Shown one piece after another: positions 7,865-17,228 of a stretch of 64,000 nt of DNA. The translations under genes and the position numbers were made by a program. A model generated the notes under the pieces. That model saw only the letters and a list, made by a program, of their open reading frames with translations, had not been told where the DNA came from and searched no databases. The stretch comes from Escherichia phage JN02, in the sequence record MT782071.1; one strand, 5' to 3'. Every line of letters starts with the position of its first letter. Position 1 is the first letter of the stretch.

Positions 7865-8473
7865 TTATTTCAAAGAGTTAATATATTCTTGTACATCAGC
7901 AGAAGTGGTTTCGACACCAGCTGGAGTGCCATTGAACGTTTCAACACGAGTCAGAGTGTCTTCGATATCAACCTTAGTCAGTGCAGCGATTTCAATTACA
8001 TCATCAGCCGTAGAGATACCAAGGGCATTGGCTGCTCGAGTTTCACGAATGTATTCGAGTTTGATTGCCAGGTTCTGACGAGCATCATCAAGTTCAACCA
8101 CCTTACGAGCAATTTCAATTCGCATAGCAGCATACCCATCAGCTTTTGTATTAAGTTGTTCGGCAGTTCGACGATACAGAAGACCAAGCTTAGCATGCAT
8201 GGTAACATCTTGTCCTTCAGCCATGAGCTTACGAATTTCACGTTCCTTAGAAGCGGCTTGTTTGTTCTTTTCATTAACAAGTTCGCGAATACGTTTTTCT
8301 TCATTAATAGATTTAACAGAAGCCGTTTTTAGTTCTTTGATCTGGGTAATCAACTTATCTGCAGCTGCGTTATACTGTTCTTCGACAGTCAGATTTTTAG
8401 CCATAGCAGTACCCAGTTTAGTGCGGATGAATTCAACAAGTTTCTTCAGTGTGTTCATATTATTACCTTTCAA
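7865..8473 (-). CDS. Hypothetical coiled-coil protein, about 200 aa
   Basis: ORF in track; charged, heptad-like composition. Confidence 0.55.
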   Translation of the reverse strand: MKGNNMNTLKKLVEFIRTKLGTAMAKNLTVEEQYNAAADKLITQIKELKTASVKSINEEKRIRELVNEKNKQAASKEREIRKLMAEGQDVTMHAKLGLLYRRTAEQLNTKADGYAAMRIEIARKVVELDDARQNLAIKLEYIRETRAANALGISTADDVIEIAALTKVDIEDTLTRVETFNGTPAGVETTSADVQEYINSLK

Positions 8474-8499
8474 TTGGTGGTTTATTATCCAATGAGAGC

Positions 8500-8528
8500 A
8501 TTATACTCTACTCTCAAGAGTTTGTACA
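8500..8528 (-). promoter_or_regulatory. Early promoter (-35 TGTACA, -10 TATAAT)
   Basis: Minus-strand TGTACA-N17-TATAAT upstream of ORF 7865..8473. Confidence 0.45.
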
Positions 8529-8529
8529 C

Positions 8530-8778
8530 TTATTTGTACGAATTAATAATCTCTTCCATTTTATCCAGAACATGGATATCGATTATACGAGGAAGTGCCG
8601 AAAGATTAGAACCGTCGAAAGATTTAAGGTCTTCCAAAATAATATTTTCAATGGCCTTTAAAGCTTCCGCAGATTCTGATGCAGAATTAAATTCAGGAAT
8701 TTCTCCAAAAAGACGTAAGAATGAACCAAAGTATTCTACGGCGATTTCTTTAGCTTGTTCGATATCAGACTTAAACAT
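8530..8778 (-). CDS. Hypothetical protein, about 82 aa
   Basis: ORF track 8530..8811; Met at 8778 has GAGGA Shine-Dalgarno. Confidence 0.5.
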   Translation of the reverse strand: MFKSDIEQAKEIAVEYFGSFLRLFGEIPEFNSASESAEALKAIENIILEDLKSFDGSNLSALPRIIDIHVLDKMEEIINSYK

Positions 8779-8806
8779 TTTGTTTTCCTCATTTGTTGGT
8801 GGAGTA

Positions 8807-8835
8807 ATCATATCACCATCCTTGGCGTTTGTACA
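8807..8835 (-). promoter_or_regulatory. Early promoter (-35 TGTACA, -10 TATGAT)
   Basis: Shares the caccatccttgg...ttgtaca element with the cassette at 9305..9334. Confidence 0.4.
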
Positions 8836-9063
8836 TTATTTTTTAATCAAGTTGACATAAAATTCTGCATCTTCAGGGTGCATGCCTTCGCAGTATTCTT
8901 CAACCATGAACTTCTTAACGGCTTCATAAGGACCACTCAGATTAAGCTCAGTTGTCCAGAACTTGGAATCTTGGACTGAATCGATACGAACTTCAGGGTG
9001 ACGGTTGCGAATAACTTCTTCGGTGTATTCATAATCAACGACATCAATACTAACTTTAGCCAT
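8836..9063 (-). CDS. Hypothetical protein, 75 aa
   Basis: ORF in track; AGAGGA Shine-Dalgarno. Confidence 0.5.
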   Translation of the reverse strand: MAKVSIDVVDYEYTEEVIRNRHPEVRIDSVQDSKFWTTELNLSGPYEAVKKFMVEEYCEGMHPEDAEFYVNLIKK

Positions 9064-9091
9064 TTTGTTTTCCTCTTGATTTGATAGGACT

Positions 9092-9121
9092 ACTATAACA
9101 TAAACTTACTTAGATGTAAAT
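9092..9121 (-). promoter_or_regulatory. Early promoter cassette (-10 TATAGT)
   Basis: ttgataggactactataacat element. Confidence 0.45.
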
Positions 9122-9274
9122 TATTTCAACGTCACCTTTAGCTGCTTTATAACCTTCAGCCCAAGATACAACAGAGTTTTTATCTGAGGATTCAAATTCA
9201 GGCATTGGACTTTCACCAATATTCACACAGTATGTTTCTTCATTTTCATCGAACCAAATAATTAAAGTAGTCAT
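9110..9274 (-). CDS. Hypothetical small protein, about 54 aa (below ORF-track cutoff)
   Basis: Hand-translated ORF MTTLIIWFDENEETYCVNIGESPMPEF...; strong AGGAG Shine-Dalgarno; own promoter upstream. Confidence 0.4.
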   Translation of the reverse strand: MTTLIIWFDENEETYCVNIGESPMPEFESSDKNSVVSWAEGYKAAKGDVEIIYI

Positions 9275-9304
9275 TTTGTTTACTCCTCTGTAGTTGATAA
9301 GTCT

Positions 9305-9334
9305 ATAGTATCACCATCCTTGGTGCTTGTACAT
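9305..9334 (-). promoter_or_regulatory. Early promoter cassette (-35 TGTACA, -10 TACTAT)
   Basis: Near-identical to the element at 45570..45599. Confidence 0.45.
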
Positions 9335-9341
9335 CATTATT

Positions 9342-9647
9342 TTAATTTTTCCAACTTAACAACTTGTAGTGTCCTTCATTCATACGTGGTTTATCCCAAG
9401 AAATACTAATATATGATTCACTGTCAATAGAAGTCGCCGGGTTTTTCTCTACCGTAAGACCTTCACTTTCCAGCCATTCAATAGTATTTGCGCATAAATC
9501 TGAAGAACACCTAATCGGAAACCGGCAAGATTTTTCACCTTTAGCTGCAGTGTTATACATCTTTTCTAAAATACGCTTTTGCACGTTTTTAAAAATAGTT
9601 TCAGCAGATTCTTCAGATTTTTTATTCAGTTCAGTGTAAAGACTCAT
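9342..9647 (-). CDS. Hypothetical protein, 101 aa
   Basis: ORF in track. Confidence 0.55.
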   Translation of the reverse strand: MSLYTELNKKSEESAETIFKNVQKRILEKMYNTAAKGEKSCRFPIRCSSDLCANTIEWLESEGLTVEKNPATSIDSESYISISWDKPRMNEGHYKLLSWKN

Positions 9648-9675
9648 AATATTCTCCCCATGTTTTGATAGGTCT

Positions 9676-9704
9676 ATAGTAACACATCTAGGGAAGAAGT
9701 AAAC
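9676..9704 (-). promoter_or_regulatory. Early promoter (-35 GTTTAC, -10 TACTAT)
   Basis: Minus-strand GTTTAC-N17-TACTAT. Confidence 0.5.
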
Positions 9705-9735
9705 AACTTTTTCAGTAAGTTATAGACCCCCTAAA

Positions 9736-9751
9736 GGGACCCGAAGGTCCC
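9736..9751 (-). terminator. Terminator-like hairpin (gggacc-cgaa-ggtccc)
   Basis: Perfect 6-bp stem with tetraloop just downstream of ORF 9758..10384; weak T-tract. Confidence 0.35.
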
Positions 9752-9757
9752 CATTCT

Positions 9758-10384
9758 TTACTTACGAGTTTTTGCATACTGAGCAGCGTCAGCAGCCAAA
9801 CGACCTGCCTGACGAAGTTTTTCTTTAATCGCATCGTGAAGTGGTTGAGTATACTTCAAACCTTCGATAGTCAAATAAAGACGATAAAGGTCTGGGGTAT
9901 CAAGGTTGTTGATATGTTGGCCATTGCGAAGAATATTGAATTCACGAACGAGTGAAGATGTATCGGATTCAATATCGCGAACAAGCGAAGATAGTTGTTT
10001 ATATTTTTTTTCCAGGCTAGAAGTATCAAACTTAAGAGCAGGAGCTTTAGGAGTTGCTTTTACTTCAGGCTTAGGCTCAGGTTTTGCTATTGCTTTAGGG
10101 GCCGCAGGTTTAGGAATGGTAGGAGCAGGTTTTACTTTAGGCGAACCAGATTTAGCAGGAACACCACCACTAACAATATCTTTGAATGCTTTAGAAGCTC
10201 TGTAATATTCTTTTTGGCTCGAAGTGTCGATACCGTACATGGCTTGAACGTTTTTGAAAAACTCTGTACTAGTTTTTGTACCAGAAATAGCATCATAAGC
10301 AGCTCGCCATTTCTCTTTTGTCATACGTACACCGGCTTCGGTGATTACTTCCGTTTCGGCTAAAAATTCATTAAAAGTATACAT
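9758..10384 (-). CDS. Candidate capsid-targeted protein, 208 aa, N-terminus MYTFNEFLAE, with Pro/Ala/Lys-rich linker
   Basis: ORF in track; capsid-targeting-like N-terminus; low-complexity linker GSPKVKPAPTIPKPAAPKAIAKPEPKPEVKATPKAP between two domains. Confidence 0.6.
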   Translation of the reverse strand: MYTFNEFLAETEVITEAGVRMTKEKWRAAYDAISGTKTSTEFFKNVQAMYGIDTSSQKEYYRASKAFKDIVSGGVPAKSGSPKVKPAPTIPKPAAPKAIAKPEPKPEVKATPKAPALKFDTSSLEKKYKQLSSLVRDIESDTSSLVREFNILRNGQHINNLDTPDLYRLYLTIEGLKYTQPLHDAIKEKLRQAGRLAADAAQYAKTRK

Positions 10385-10428
10385 CGATGGTCCTTAGAAA
10401 GTAGGTTTATTGTTTACTATATTTATAC

Positions 10429-10458
10429 AAAAAAAAGCCCCAACCTTTCGGAAGGGGC
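10429..10458 (-). terminator. Rho-independent terminator (hairpin followed by T8 on minus strand)
   Basis: gcccc...ggggc stem with inner GAAA-type loop; plus-strand A8 at 10429-10436 is U8 on the minus transcript. Confidence 0.6.
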
Positions 10459-10507
10459 TTTATACCTTGTCGGGGTTTCCACCTACTAGGTAAGTGTTTG
10501 TACGAAA

Positions 10508-10600
10508 CGCCGGGATTTGAACCCGGTTATTAAGTAGTTGACGCTACTCAATATTTTTAAAAGGCCATATCTCGACCATATCCGAACGTTCCGTCAAAAA
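10508..10600 (-). ncRNA. tRNA-like structured RNA candidate (canonical T-arm and 7-bp acceptor stem, non-canonical body)
   Basis: Minus strand has CCGGG-TTCAAAT-CCCGG T-arm and acceptor pairing cggaacg / cgtttcg, but D and anticodon arms do not fold canonically; sits in a 300-bp ORF-free region. Confidence 0.3.
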
Positions 10601-10761
10601 CGCCACTCGGCTTACGGCAAAGATATTTCCTCGAATCGATAATTCGGTGCGCCGTTTCTGCTGTGATGTAAGGGGATATTAACAAAACATAAAGATTTAT
10701 TAAGACCAGTCCTTACTCAGGGAACATCAGTCCGACGACTTGCCGGTAGCGACCCGGCTTC

Positions 10762-11106
10762 TTATTTTGGCATATCATCAATTTGCTCTCGACGCCGACG
10801 CCATAGATTAATCGCTTCATAAACACATTCAGCATTTGGTATATGGCGACAATAGTACAGTGATTCACGTTTCTGGAACCGATGTTGCAATGGGATTTCG
10901 TTTAAAAGGTCTTTACGGTCAAAGTATTCAAAACTAGTTAACCCGGAACGGTTTTTAAGAAACTTCCAATGGCCGAATTCATTTTGGAAATAAACGTAAT
11001 CAGCGTGTTGATATAACGAATTAATCAACCGGTCGGAAATAACTGTATCCTGTTCGTTAAAATAAAACGTTAAATCATGAACTACTAGATAAATATTGCC
11101 TTTCAT
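10762..11106 (-). CDS. Hypothetical protein, 114 aa
   Basis: ORF track uses a TTG start at 11154 that would overlap tRNA-Arg; ATG at 11106 with GAGG Shine-Dalgarno is more plausible. Confidence 0.5.
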   Translation of the reverse strand: MKGNIYLVVHDLTFYFNEQDTVISDRLINSLYQHADYVYFQNEFGHWKFLKNRSGLTSFEYFDRKDLLNEIPLQHRFQKRESLYYCRHIPNAECVYEAINLWRRRREQIDDMPK

Positions 11107-11124
11107 ATTTTCCTCACTTAAAGT

Positions 11125-11201
<77 letters not shown>

Positions 11202-11207
11202 AATATA

Positions 11208-11281
11208 TGACCCAGACCAGATTCGAACTGGTAACCTTTCCCTTATGAGGGGACTGCTGCTAACCATTGAGCTACAGGGCC
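11208..11281 (-). tRNA. tRNA with CAT anticodon (Met, or lysidine-modified Ile2-type)
   Basis: T-arm accag-TTCGAAT-ctggt, anticodon loop CTCATAA, acceptor with one wobble and one mismatch, D-arm imperfect; 6 nt from tRNA-Arg (dimeric precursor arrangement). Confidence 0.6.
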
Positions 11282-11360
11282 TAAATAACTTTCTATTATG
11301 AAAGGCACTTTAGAGCACCTTTGGTAATAGAGGGTATGAATTAATAATAACACATAATTC

Positions 11361-11876
11361 TTAAAGCAAATCAATCATTTTAACAGTCGGCAAAACAATT
11401 TCTTCTTCAATATAAGCGAATTCAACACGTTCAACTACACGCAAGAAATCATAATCATAATATTCAGAAGCATGGCCAAGAATATCAATGAGACCTTCAG
11501 ATATCTTATTACCATTCACAAAGAATAAGTCAAATACGCGTTCTTCATCTTCTTCGGATTTATTACCAAGGTCGACTTCAATATCAAAGACCTTTTTAAT
11601 GAATTCTGGATAAAGCTGGTCTGAGAACAGTCCTTCAACCAAGTATTCATAGATTAAAAGCGAGCAATCGCTGAACAGTGTATTACCACAGTAACGTTCA
11701 GCTTTAGTGCTAGAATGACGACTCTTAAATTTCTTCAAGAGATATTTAAACTGTTGGAGCTCATGCTCTTCTACACCAAATAATGTTTTGGTTTTATAGT
11801 TGTCGCCGTCATTTTCCCAAGTAGTGACATCAATTACGTAGCCCTTAGGAATTGTACTGCCTAAACGAATATTCAT
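11361..11876 (-). CDS. Hypothetical protein, 171 aa
   Basis: ORF in track. Confidence 0.6.
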   Translation of the reverse strand: MNIRLGSTIPKGYVIDVTTWENDGDNYKTKTLFGVEEHELQQFKYLLKKFKSRHSSTKAERYCGNTLFSDCSLLIYEYLVEGLFSDQLYPEFIKKVFDIEVDLGNKSEEDEERVFDLFFVNGNKISEGLIDILGHASEYYDYDFLRVVERVEFAYIEEEIVLPTVKMIDLL

Positions 11877-11880
11877 TTAA

Positions 11881-12171
11881 TCACCATACCATATTAATGT
11901 AAGTATACTCAATACATTCAAGATTTAAAGGATTCTTGAAAATATCATATTCAAGAGGGCCTTTTTCTGTTTCAATAAAGAAATCAAAGTTAACTGTGTT
12001 AAATTTATCGTCTTCGCAGAGTAATTTAACCTGTGAAGACGAACGGTCGATGTAAACCTTTTCAACTTCAAAATATGTTAAAATGCCATAATCATCGACT
12101 AGTGCTTTAGCTGCACGTTGATCGCTTTCATATCCATTCTCGACAGATTTTACTTTAGCATAAAGAATCAT
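11881..12171 (-). CDS. Hypothetical protein, 96 aa
   Basis: ORF in track. Confidence 0.55.
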   Translation of the reverse strand: MILYAKVKSVENGYESDQRAAKALVDDYGILTYFEVEKVYIDRSSSQVKLLCEDDKFNTVNFDFFIETEKGPLEYDIFKNPLNLECIEYTYINMVW

Positions 12172-12530
12172 GAGTGTTCCACCACTTCAAAAGTATGTGC
12201 ACTTACAATCTGGTACCAGTCAAAATTTTCTTCAGCATTTTTGTAGATTTCACGAAGAGCTTCAACAGTTTTTCCTGTAGCAACAAGATCATCAATACCG
12301 CCAAGAGGATAACAGTCGTAACCAGCAAACAGAAGGAAATTAATAGTTTCTGTAGGTTCTGGATGCAGTGTACCATTGTCATCGACTACTTCAAAGAACA
12401 TATAACCAGGCGATTTAGATTTAATCCAAGCCCATGCTTGAGCCGCTGAATCAAATGGTTTGCGTATCAAACGACAATCAGGGTCTTTAGAAGGATTTGC
12501 TTCAAAATCCGCATATACGTGATATTTCAT
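12168..12530 (-). CDS. Hypothetical protein, about 120 aa
   Basis: ORF track 12168..12548; Met at 12530 (MKYHVYADF) has AAGGTGAG Shine-Dalgarno. Confidence 0.55.
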   Translation of the reverse strand: MKYHVYADFEANPSKDPDCRLIRKPFDSAAQAWAWIKSKSPGYMFFEVVDDNGTLHPEPTETINFLLFAGYDCYPLGGIDDLVATGKTVEALREIYKNAEENFDWYQIVSAHTFEVVEHS

Positions 12531-12531
12531 T

Positions 12532-12738
12532 TTACTCACCTTTTGCAATTTTATCCATAACGATAGCGATTAAGCCGATTAGAAATGCTACTACCAATGA
12601 GATAGAATTTTCTGTTGTTGTCAGTAGTCCACAAATGAATCCTACAAACATCGAAAAACTAAAAGCCATTGAAGCAATTACTACAGCAACATTACGAATC
12701 AGTTCAGCGCGTTTCATTTTATTTCTCCATTTACTCAT
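12532..12738 (-). CDS. Hypothetical small membrane protein, 68 aa
   Basis: ORF in track; two hydrophobic helices. Confidence 0.5.
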   Translation of the reverse strand: MSKWRNKMKRAELIRNVAVVIASMAFSFSMFVGFICGLLTTTENSISLVVAFLIGLIAIVMDKIAKGE

Positions 12739-12754
12739 TTGATTTGATAGGACT

Positions 12755-12784
12755 ACTATATCATAGTCCTATCAGCATGTAAAC
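12755..12784 (-). promoter_or_regulatory. Early promoter cassette (-35 GTTTAC, -10 TATAGT) with perfect inverted repeat
   Basis: gataggact...agtcctatc around the -10. Confidence 0.55.
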
Positions 12785-12787
12785 TAC

Positions 12788-13075
12788 TTACAGAAGAGTT
12801 TTTGCAATAATTTTAAGCTGAGCTACAGAAATATGCTTAGCTTTAAACAGTGCAGTCTCTTCAGCAGGAGAGATAACAATAGTAGCGCCATCTTTCTTAG
12901 CAGACCATCCATCCCCTAAGTAAACAGTACCTTTTACTTCTTCGCCGTCAACCAGACTAATCATTGGTTTACCCTCACGTCCTTTATTTGCTTTAATAAC
13001 TTCGGAAGTAAGGGTTGCTTCGGTCAGAGTAGAAACGTTAGCATCAGGTGATATAAATTCTTTATAGGTTTTCAT
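12788..13075 (-). CDS. Internal protein I-like capsid-targeted protein, 95 aa precursor
   Basis: N-terminus MKTYKEFI...; L-T-E at residues 17-19 would give a 76-aa mature protein; position next to 57B matches ipI in T4. Confidence 0.55.
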   Translation of the reverse strand: MKTYKEFISPDANVSTLTEATLTSEVIKANKGREGKPMISLVDGEEVKGTVYLGDGWSAKKDGATIVISPAEETALFKAKHISVAQLKIIAKTLL

Positions 13076-13109
13076 TTTATTTCCTTGAGGTCGTTTATTT
13101 GATAGGATG

Positions 13110-13139
13110 ATAGTAACACGCCATCATCCTTATGTAAAC
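13110..13139 (-). promoter_or_regulatory. Early promoter cassette (-35 GTTTAC, -10 TACTAT)
   Basis: aggatgat / atcatcct inverted repeat around the -10. Confidence 0.5.
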
Positions 13140-13152
13140 TGTTTTGTGAAAA

Positions 13153-13838
<686 letters not shown>

Positions 13839-13842
13839 TTTA

Positions 13843-14577
13843 TTACCTTAAGGTTGTTTCAATTTTAGAATAAAGCTCTTCTAAAGAGCCGTCGTTTGTA
13901 ATAACTAAATCGCCTTCTTCAATAGGCAACCCAGCTTCTGTAATATGTTTATCGGTGGATTCCGTACCAGAGCGAACCACATGAATAACTGTAGCACCCA
14001 TCGCTCTAGCGGTTTCCATTTCATGGACTTGGCGTGTATCGGTTACAACATAGTAATCGAAATCACTTCCAATATAATCCATATAATTTAATGCAAAAAG
14101 TTTAACCCAATACATACGGTCAAATAAATTAACGACAACATCCGTACCGAGGGCTTGCATAAGACGGCGGATTGACCATGTGTCGTTGATATTATTTATA
14201 GCTTCACGCAGGGCTTCATATGGTTTAATATCTAGATATGAATACCCACCTTCTAATGATGATAATACTTTAACATTATTAATTGGTAAATATTGGCTTT
14301 GTAAATAAATTAGCGCTTCTTCCATTAATTCAATAACATCCAACTTATTGATATTTAATGGTGTTTCACGGTCGTATCCAACACCTTCAAAGTATTCATA
14401 TTTCAACTCAGTGAATACATCAGGGTTTTCGGCATGTCTACGTCCCCAGGCTATTGCTAGAGCGTCTTTAATCGGATATGCCAATTGGTATTTTACGGAT
14501 TTAAAGTTTGAATTGATGTAATCAGCAGTGGTGTCTTTACCACTACGTTTGATGCCGCTTAAAAAGATTAGCTCCAT
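13843..14577 (-). CDS. 1: Deoxynucleoside monophosphate kinase (gp1)
   Basis: MELIFLSGIKRSGKDTTADYI... P-loop-like motif and 244 aa match T4 gp1. Confidence 0.85.
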   Translation of the reverse strand: MELIFLSGIKRSGKDTTADYINSNFKSVKYQLAYPIKDALAIAWGRRHAENPDVFTELKYEYFEGVGYDRETPLNINKLDVIELMEEALIYLQSQYLPINNVKVLSSLEGGYSYLDIKPYEALREAINNINDTWSIRRLMQALGTDVVVNLFDRMYWVKLFALNYMDYIGSDFDYYVVTDTRQVHEMETARAMGATVIHVVRSGTESTDKHITEAGLPIEEGDLVITNDGSLEELYSKIETTLR

Positions 14578-14630
14578 AGGTTTTCCTCATATAATTTATG
14601 AGTGATTATAACATACGGAGCTAGAAGCGA

Positions 14631-15221
14631 TTAACGCAAGGAAGGGTGTCTAGAAATGGATTTAGATTCGACTGCTTGACGTGGTTGTTGAGATACAATG
14701 ACTTCGCCATCCTTTTCTATCGTCATATACGCGTAGTGAATAGTTGCTACGCACGTAACGGCAGGGTCAGAGTCTTCGGTGTAACTAAATTCAATTTCAC
14801 TCAAATCAGAAATCCATGGTTTATAGAAATTTGCCGTCAAAACTACTTCAGTCTTATTGTTGTTTAAAATGTGCAAAGTAACAAACTCAGGACCATCTGA
14901 GTGGGCCGTATTATGTCCGGTTATATAGTTATTAGTGCTGAGCATCCATTTATACATGTTCATCCAGGACGTCATGTCTTCATCAACTATAAATCGTACA
15001 ACAAAAGGGTCGTATTCAAATGTGGTGCCTGCACGCATTGCACGTCCTAACCCCATTGTGCCTGTAACAGTTTCAACAACAGGAATTCTCACACCTGGCA
15101 ATGGAGCCGTTTGGGCATTGAGCACAAAACCCGAAGTTCGTGTACTATCTGGGATATCCACAACAAAGTTTGTTATATTTGTTTGGTTAAAAATCTGTCT
15201 CGCTGGACGAGTCATAAGCAC
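14631..15221 (-). CDS. 3: Tail completion / sheath stabiliser protein gp3
   Basis: Position between gene 1 and gene 2 as in T4; 196 aa. Confidence 0.7.
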   Translation of the reverse strand: MLMTRPARQIFNQTNITNFVVDIPDSTRTSGFVLNAQTAPLPGVRIPVVETVTGTMGLGRAMRAGTTFEYDPFVVRFIVDEDMTSWMNMYKWMLSTNNYITGHNTAHSDGPEFVTLHILNNNKTEVVLTANFYKPWISDLSEIEFSYTEDSDPAVTCVATIHYAYMTIEKDGEVIVSQQPRQAVESKSISRHPSLR

Positions 15222-15317
15222 CTCAAAAACGCTTTAATAAAAATGCAGTATAATGGTTTTAGGTCTCTTCCATTAATCTGGTTCAACAGAATATCAGAAG
15301 AACAGAAGAGAATAGAA

Positions 15318-16139
15318 TTAAGATTTCCAAACAGTATTCGCAGAGAAACGTTTTCCTTTTGACATAAACTGCTGAGTAGGTAACATGATTATGTTAGCCC
15401 AGTCTTTAGGAGCTATTTCTGTTATTGTTCCTCTAATGTGGCCTGGCAGGTATGCTTTAATCATTTTGTCAGCACCTTGGAATCCTTTCACCTTGCTCCA
15501 GTCTATCTTCAACTTTGTGTTATTAGTAATAGTAGTTGTGCTAGCATATTGCTTCAGCAATTCTTCAAGAAACTGTTGACGTGCTTTAGGTGGGATATAG
15601 TGCAAGTTTAACCCGTACATCAAATTATGTTTACCTAATCCCAAATAAATAATCAAAGGATATCTGTCCCAATACGGCAGAGTATCTTTATGTTTAGCAT
15701 CATACACGTAAGTATAAATTTTGCCTGGTGTAGGCTTGACTACTTTATGACCTTTTACACTTTTCTTAATTGTTTCAACAAACCATTTAGATGATTTGTT
15801 GTTTACTGCTGCGCCTTCATTTCTAATCTTTTCTCGTATTGAACTGCGAAACGAGTTTATCATCAGAAGTTGACGTTCTTGCTTATTGAGTTTATTTTTA
15901 GGTTTAGATTCAAGCGTTTCAATTTTCTGTGCAGTCTTAATAGATGATGCATATCTAGACATTGCAGATGTAAACGACGAGTATTTTATTCCTTTTGATT
16001 CTGCAAATGCTTTTGCAGTGATTCCTTTCTCTTTAGCTTTCTTGTATTCTAATCCTATCTCAATCCATTTTCTTTCATTCATAGACTGAGCAATCTTAGG
16101 GGCTTGTACGCCTTCAGATATAATTTGGAATATGCTCAT
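15318..16139 (-). CDS. 2: DNA end protector protein gp2
   Basis: 273 aa (T4 gp2 is 274); conserved position. Confidence 0.8.
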   Translation of the reverse strand: MSIFQIISEGVQAPKIAQSMNERKWIEIGLEYKKAKEKGITAKAFAESKGIKYSSFTSAMSRYASSIKTAQKIETLESKPKNKLNKQERQLLMINSFRSSIREKIRNEGAAVNNKSSKWFVETIKKSVKGHKVVKPTPGKIYTYVYDAKHKDTLPYWDRYPLIIYLGLGKHNLMYGLNLHYIPPKARQQFLEELLKQYASTTTITNNTKLKIDWSKVKGFQGADKMIKAYLPGHIRGTITEIAPKDWANIIMLPTQQFMSKGKRFSANTVWKS

Positions 16140-16141
16140 AA

Positions 16142-16591
16142 TTACCCCTTGTATCCGAGTTTTCTAAGTCCGTCTTCGGTTAGAACTCGAAATTTTATAT
16201 TTCTCTTTTCAGCAACAGCTGAGGCAGCTTTCCATTTGTCACAGTTCACAGACCAGGTATATATTTCATTCATATAACGTTTCTTTGCTGCGGTAGTAAG
16301 ATTTACAGGCTTAATAGGTGGTTGAGTTTCTTTCTTTGGTTTTATTTCTACAAAGAACTCTTGACCTGATGCATCTTTCATCCATATATCCATAAAGTAT
16401 CGACGTTTTTTACCTTCAGCATTACAAAAATATGGAATTACTGCTGTTTCACTACCCCATGCAATAATTTCTGGATTTTTATCCAACCATTCGAAAAAGA
16501 ATTTTTCCCAGTTTGAACGATACGTTATTTTGGTATGGTCTCCACGGTATTTTTTTAAATTTTTTGGGACCCATTTACCAGAGTAGGCCAT
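16142..16591 (-). CDS. 4: Head completion protein gp4, 149 aa
   Basis: ORF track 16142..16735; internal Met ([12 protein letters not shown]) with AAGGAGG Shine-Dalgarno gives T4-like length; late promoter upstream. Confidence 0.8.
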   Translation of the reverse strand: MAYSGKWVPKNLKKYRGDHTKITYRSNWEKFFFEWLDKNPEIIAWGSETAVIPYFCNAEGKKRRYFMDIWMKDASGQEFFVEIKPKKETQPPIKPVNLTTAAKKRYMNEIYTWSVNCDKWKAASAVAEKRNIKFRVLTEDGLRKLGYKG

Positions 16592-16602
16592 GTTGTCCTC
16601 CT

Positions 16603-16610
16603 TATAAATA
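16603..16610 (+). promoter_or_regulatory. Late promoter TATAAATA (gene 53)
   Basis: Exact T4 late-promoter octamer about 43 nt upstream of gp53 ATG. Confidence 0.6.
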
Positions 16611-16617
16611 GTATTAT

Positions 16618-16625
16618 TATTTATA
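16618..16625 (-). promoter_or_regulatory. Late promoter TATAAATA on minus strand (gene 4)
   Basis: Plus-strand tatttata; divergent from the gp53 promoter. Confidence 0.55.
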
Positions 16626-16652
16626 CCAATTTCATATTGGAAGGAGACTATC

Positions 16653-17228
16653 TTGTTATTTACATTCTTCGACCCAATAGGATATAGTGCTAAAACAGTT
16701 GATAAGAATGCACCTACTATTCCTATGACAGACATATTTCGTAACTATAAAGAGTACTTTAAGCGTGTGGCTGCCAATTATAGATTACGTTCTTATTATA
16801 TTAAAGGCTCTCCGCGTCCTGAAGAACTAGCAAACATAATTTATGGCAACCCTCAATTATACTGGGTCCTTTTGATGTGTAATGACAACTATGATCCGTA
16901 TTATGGTTGGATTACATCTCAGGAAGCAGCGTATCAAGCTTCTATTCAGAAATATGCTAATGCTGGCGGCGACCAAGTTCTTTATCATATTAATGAAAAT
17001 CGTGAGAAATTTTACAATTTGGTTTCATATCCGGACGAGCCTTTAGTGTGGTATGATAAAGGTGATGAAGCTCGTAAGTATCCGCAATATAAAGGACCTT
17101 TAGCTGCAGTAGATACTTATGAAGCGGCAGTATTAGATAATGAAAAACTTCGTAAAATAAAAATTGTTGCAAAAGAAGATATAAACTCGTTTATCACAGA
17201 TTTGATTCGTGAGATGGAGATTGCATAA
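16653..17228 (+). CDS. 53: Baseplate wedge protein gp53
   Basis: MLFTFFDPIGYSAKTVDKNAPTIPMTDIFRNYK... near-identical to T4 gp53. Confidence 0.93.
   Translation: MLFTFFDPIGYSAKTVDKNAPTIPMTDIFRNYKEYFKRVAANYRLRSYYIKGSPRPEELANIIYGNPQLYWVLLMCNDNYDPYYGWITSQEAAYQASIQKYANAGGDQVLYHINENREKFYNLVSYPDEPLVWYDKGDEARKYPQYKGPLAAVDTYEAAVLDNEKLRKIKIVAKEDINSFITDLIREMEIA

Noticed and set aside
7865-8473. Assigning the coiled-coil protein to the PspA/IM30 family
   Set aside because: Only compositional resemblance; no convincing alignable motif against E. coli PspA from memory.
8199-8979. Cluster of plus-strand ORFs (8199..8495, 8449..8661, 8474..8860, 8755..8979)
   Set aside because: All lie antisense to better-supported minus-strand genes that have promoters and ribosome-binding sites; hydrophobic low-complexity translations typical of AT-rich antisense frames.
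9906-10363. Plus-strand ORFs 9906..10205 and 9995..10363 (Arg/Phe-rich)
   Set aside because: Antisense to the Pro/Ala/Lys-rich linker of ORF 9758..10384; the repetitive composition is the mirror image of that linker.
10508-10600. Calling this a canonical tRNA (type II Ser/Leu-like)
   Set aside because: T-arm and acceptor stem fit, but I could not fold a D-arm or a 7-nt anticodon loop by hand; kept only as a low-confidence tRNA-like RNA.
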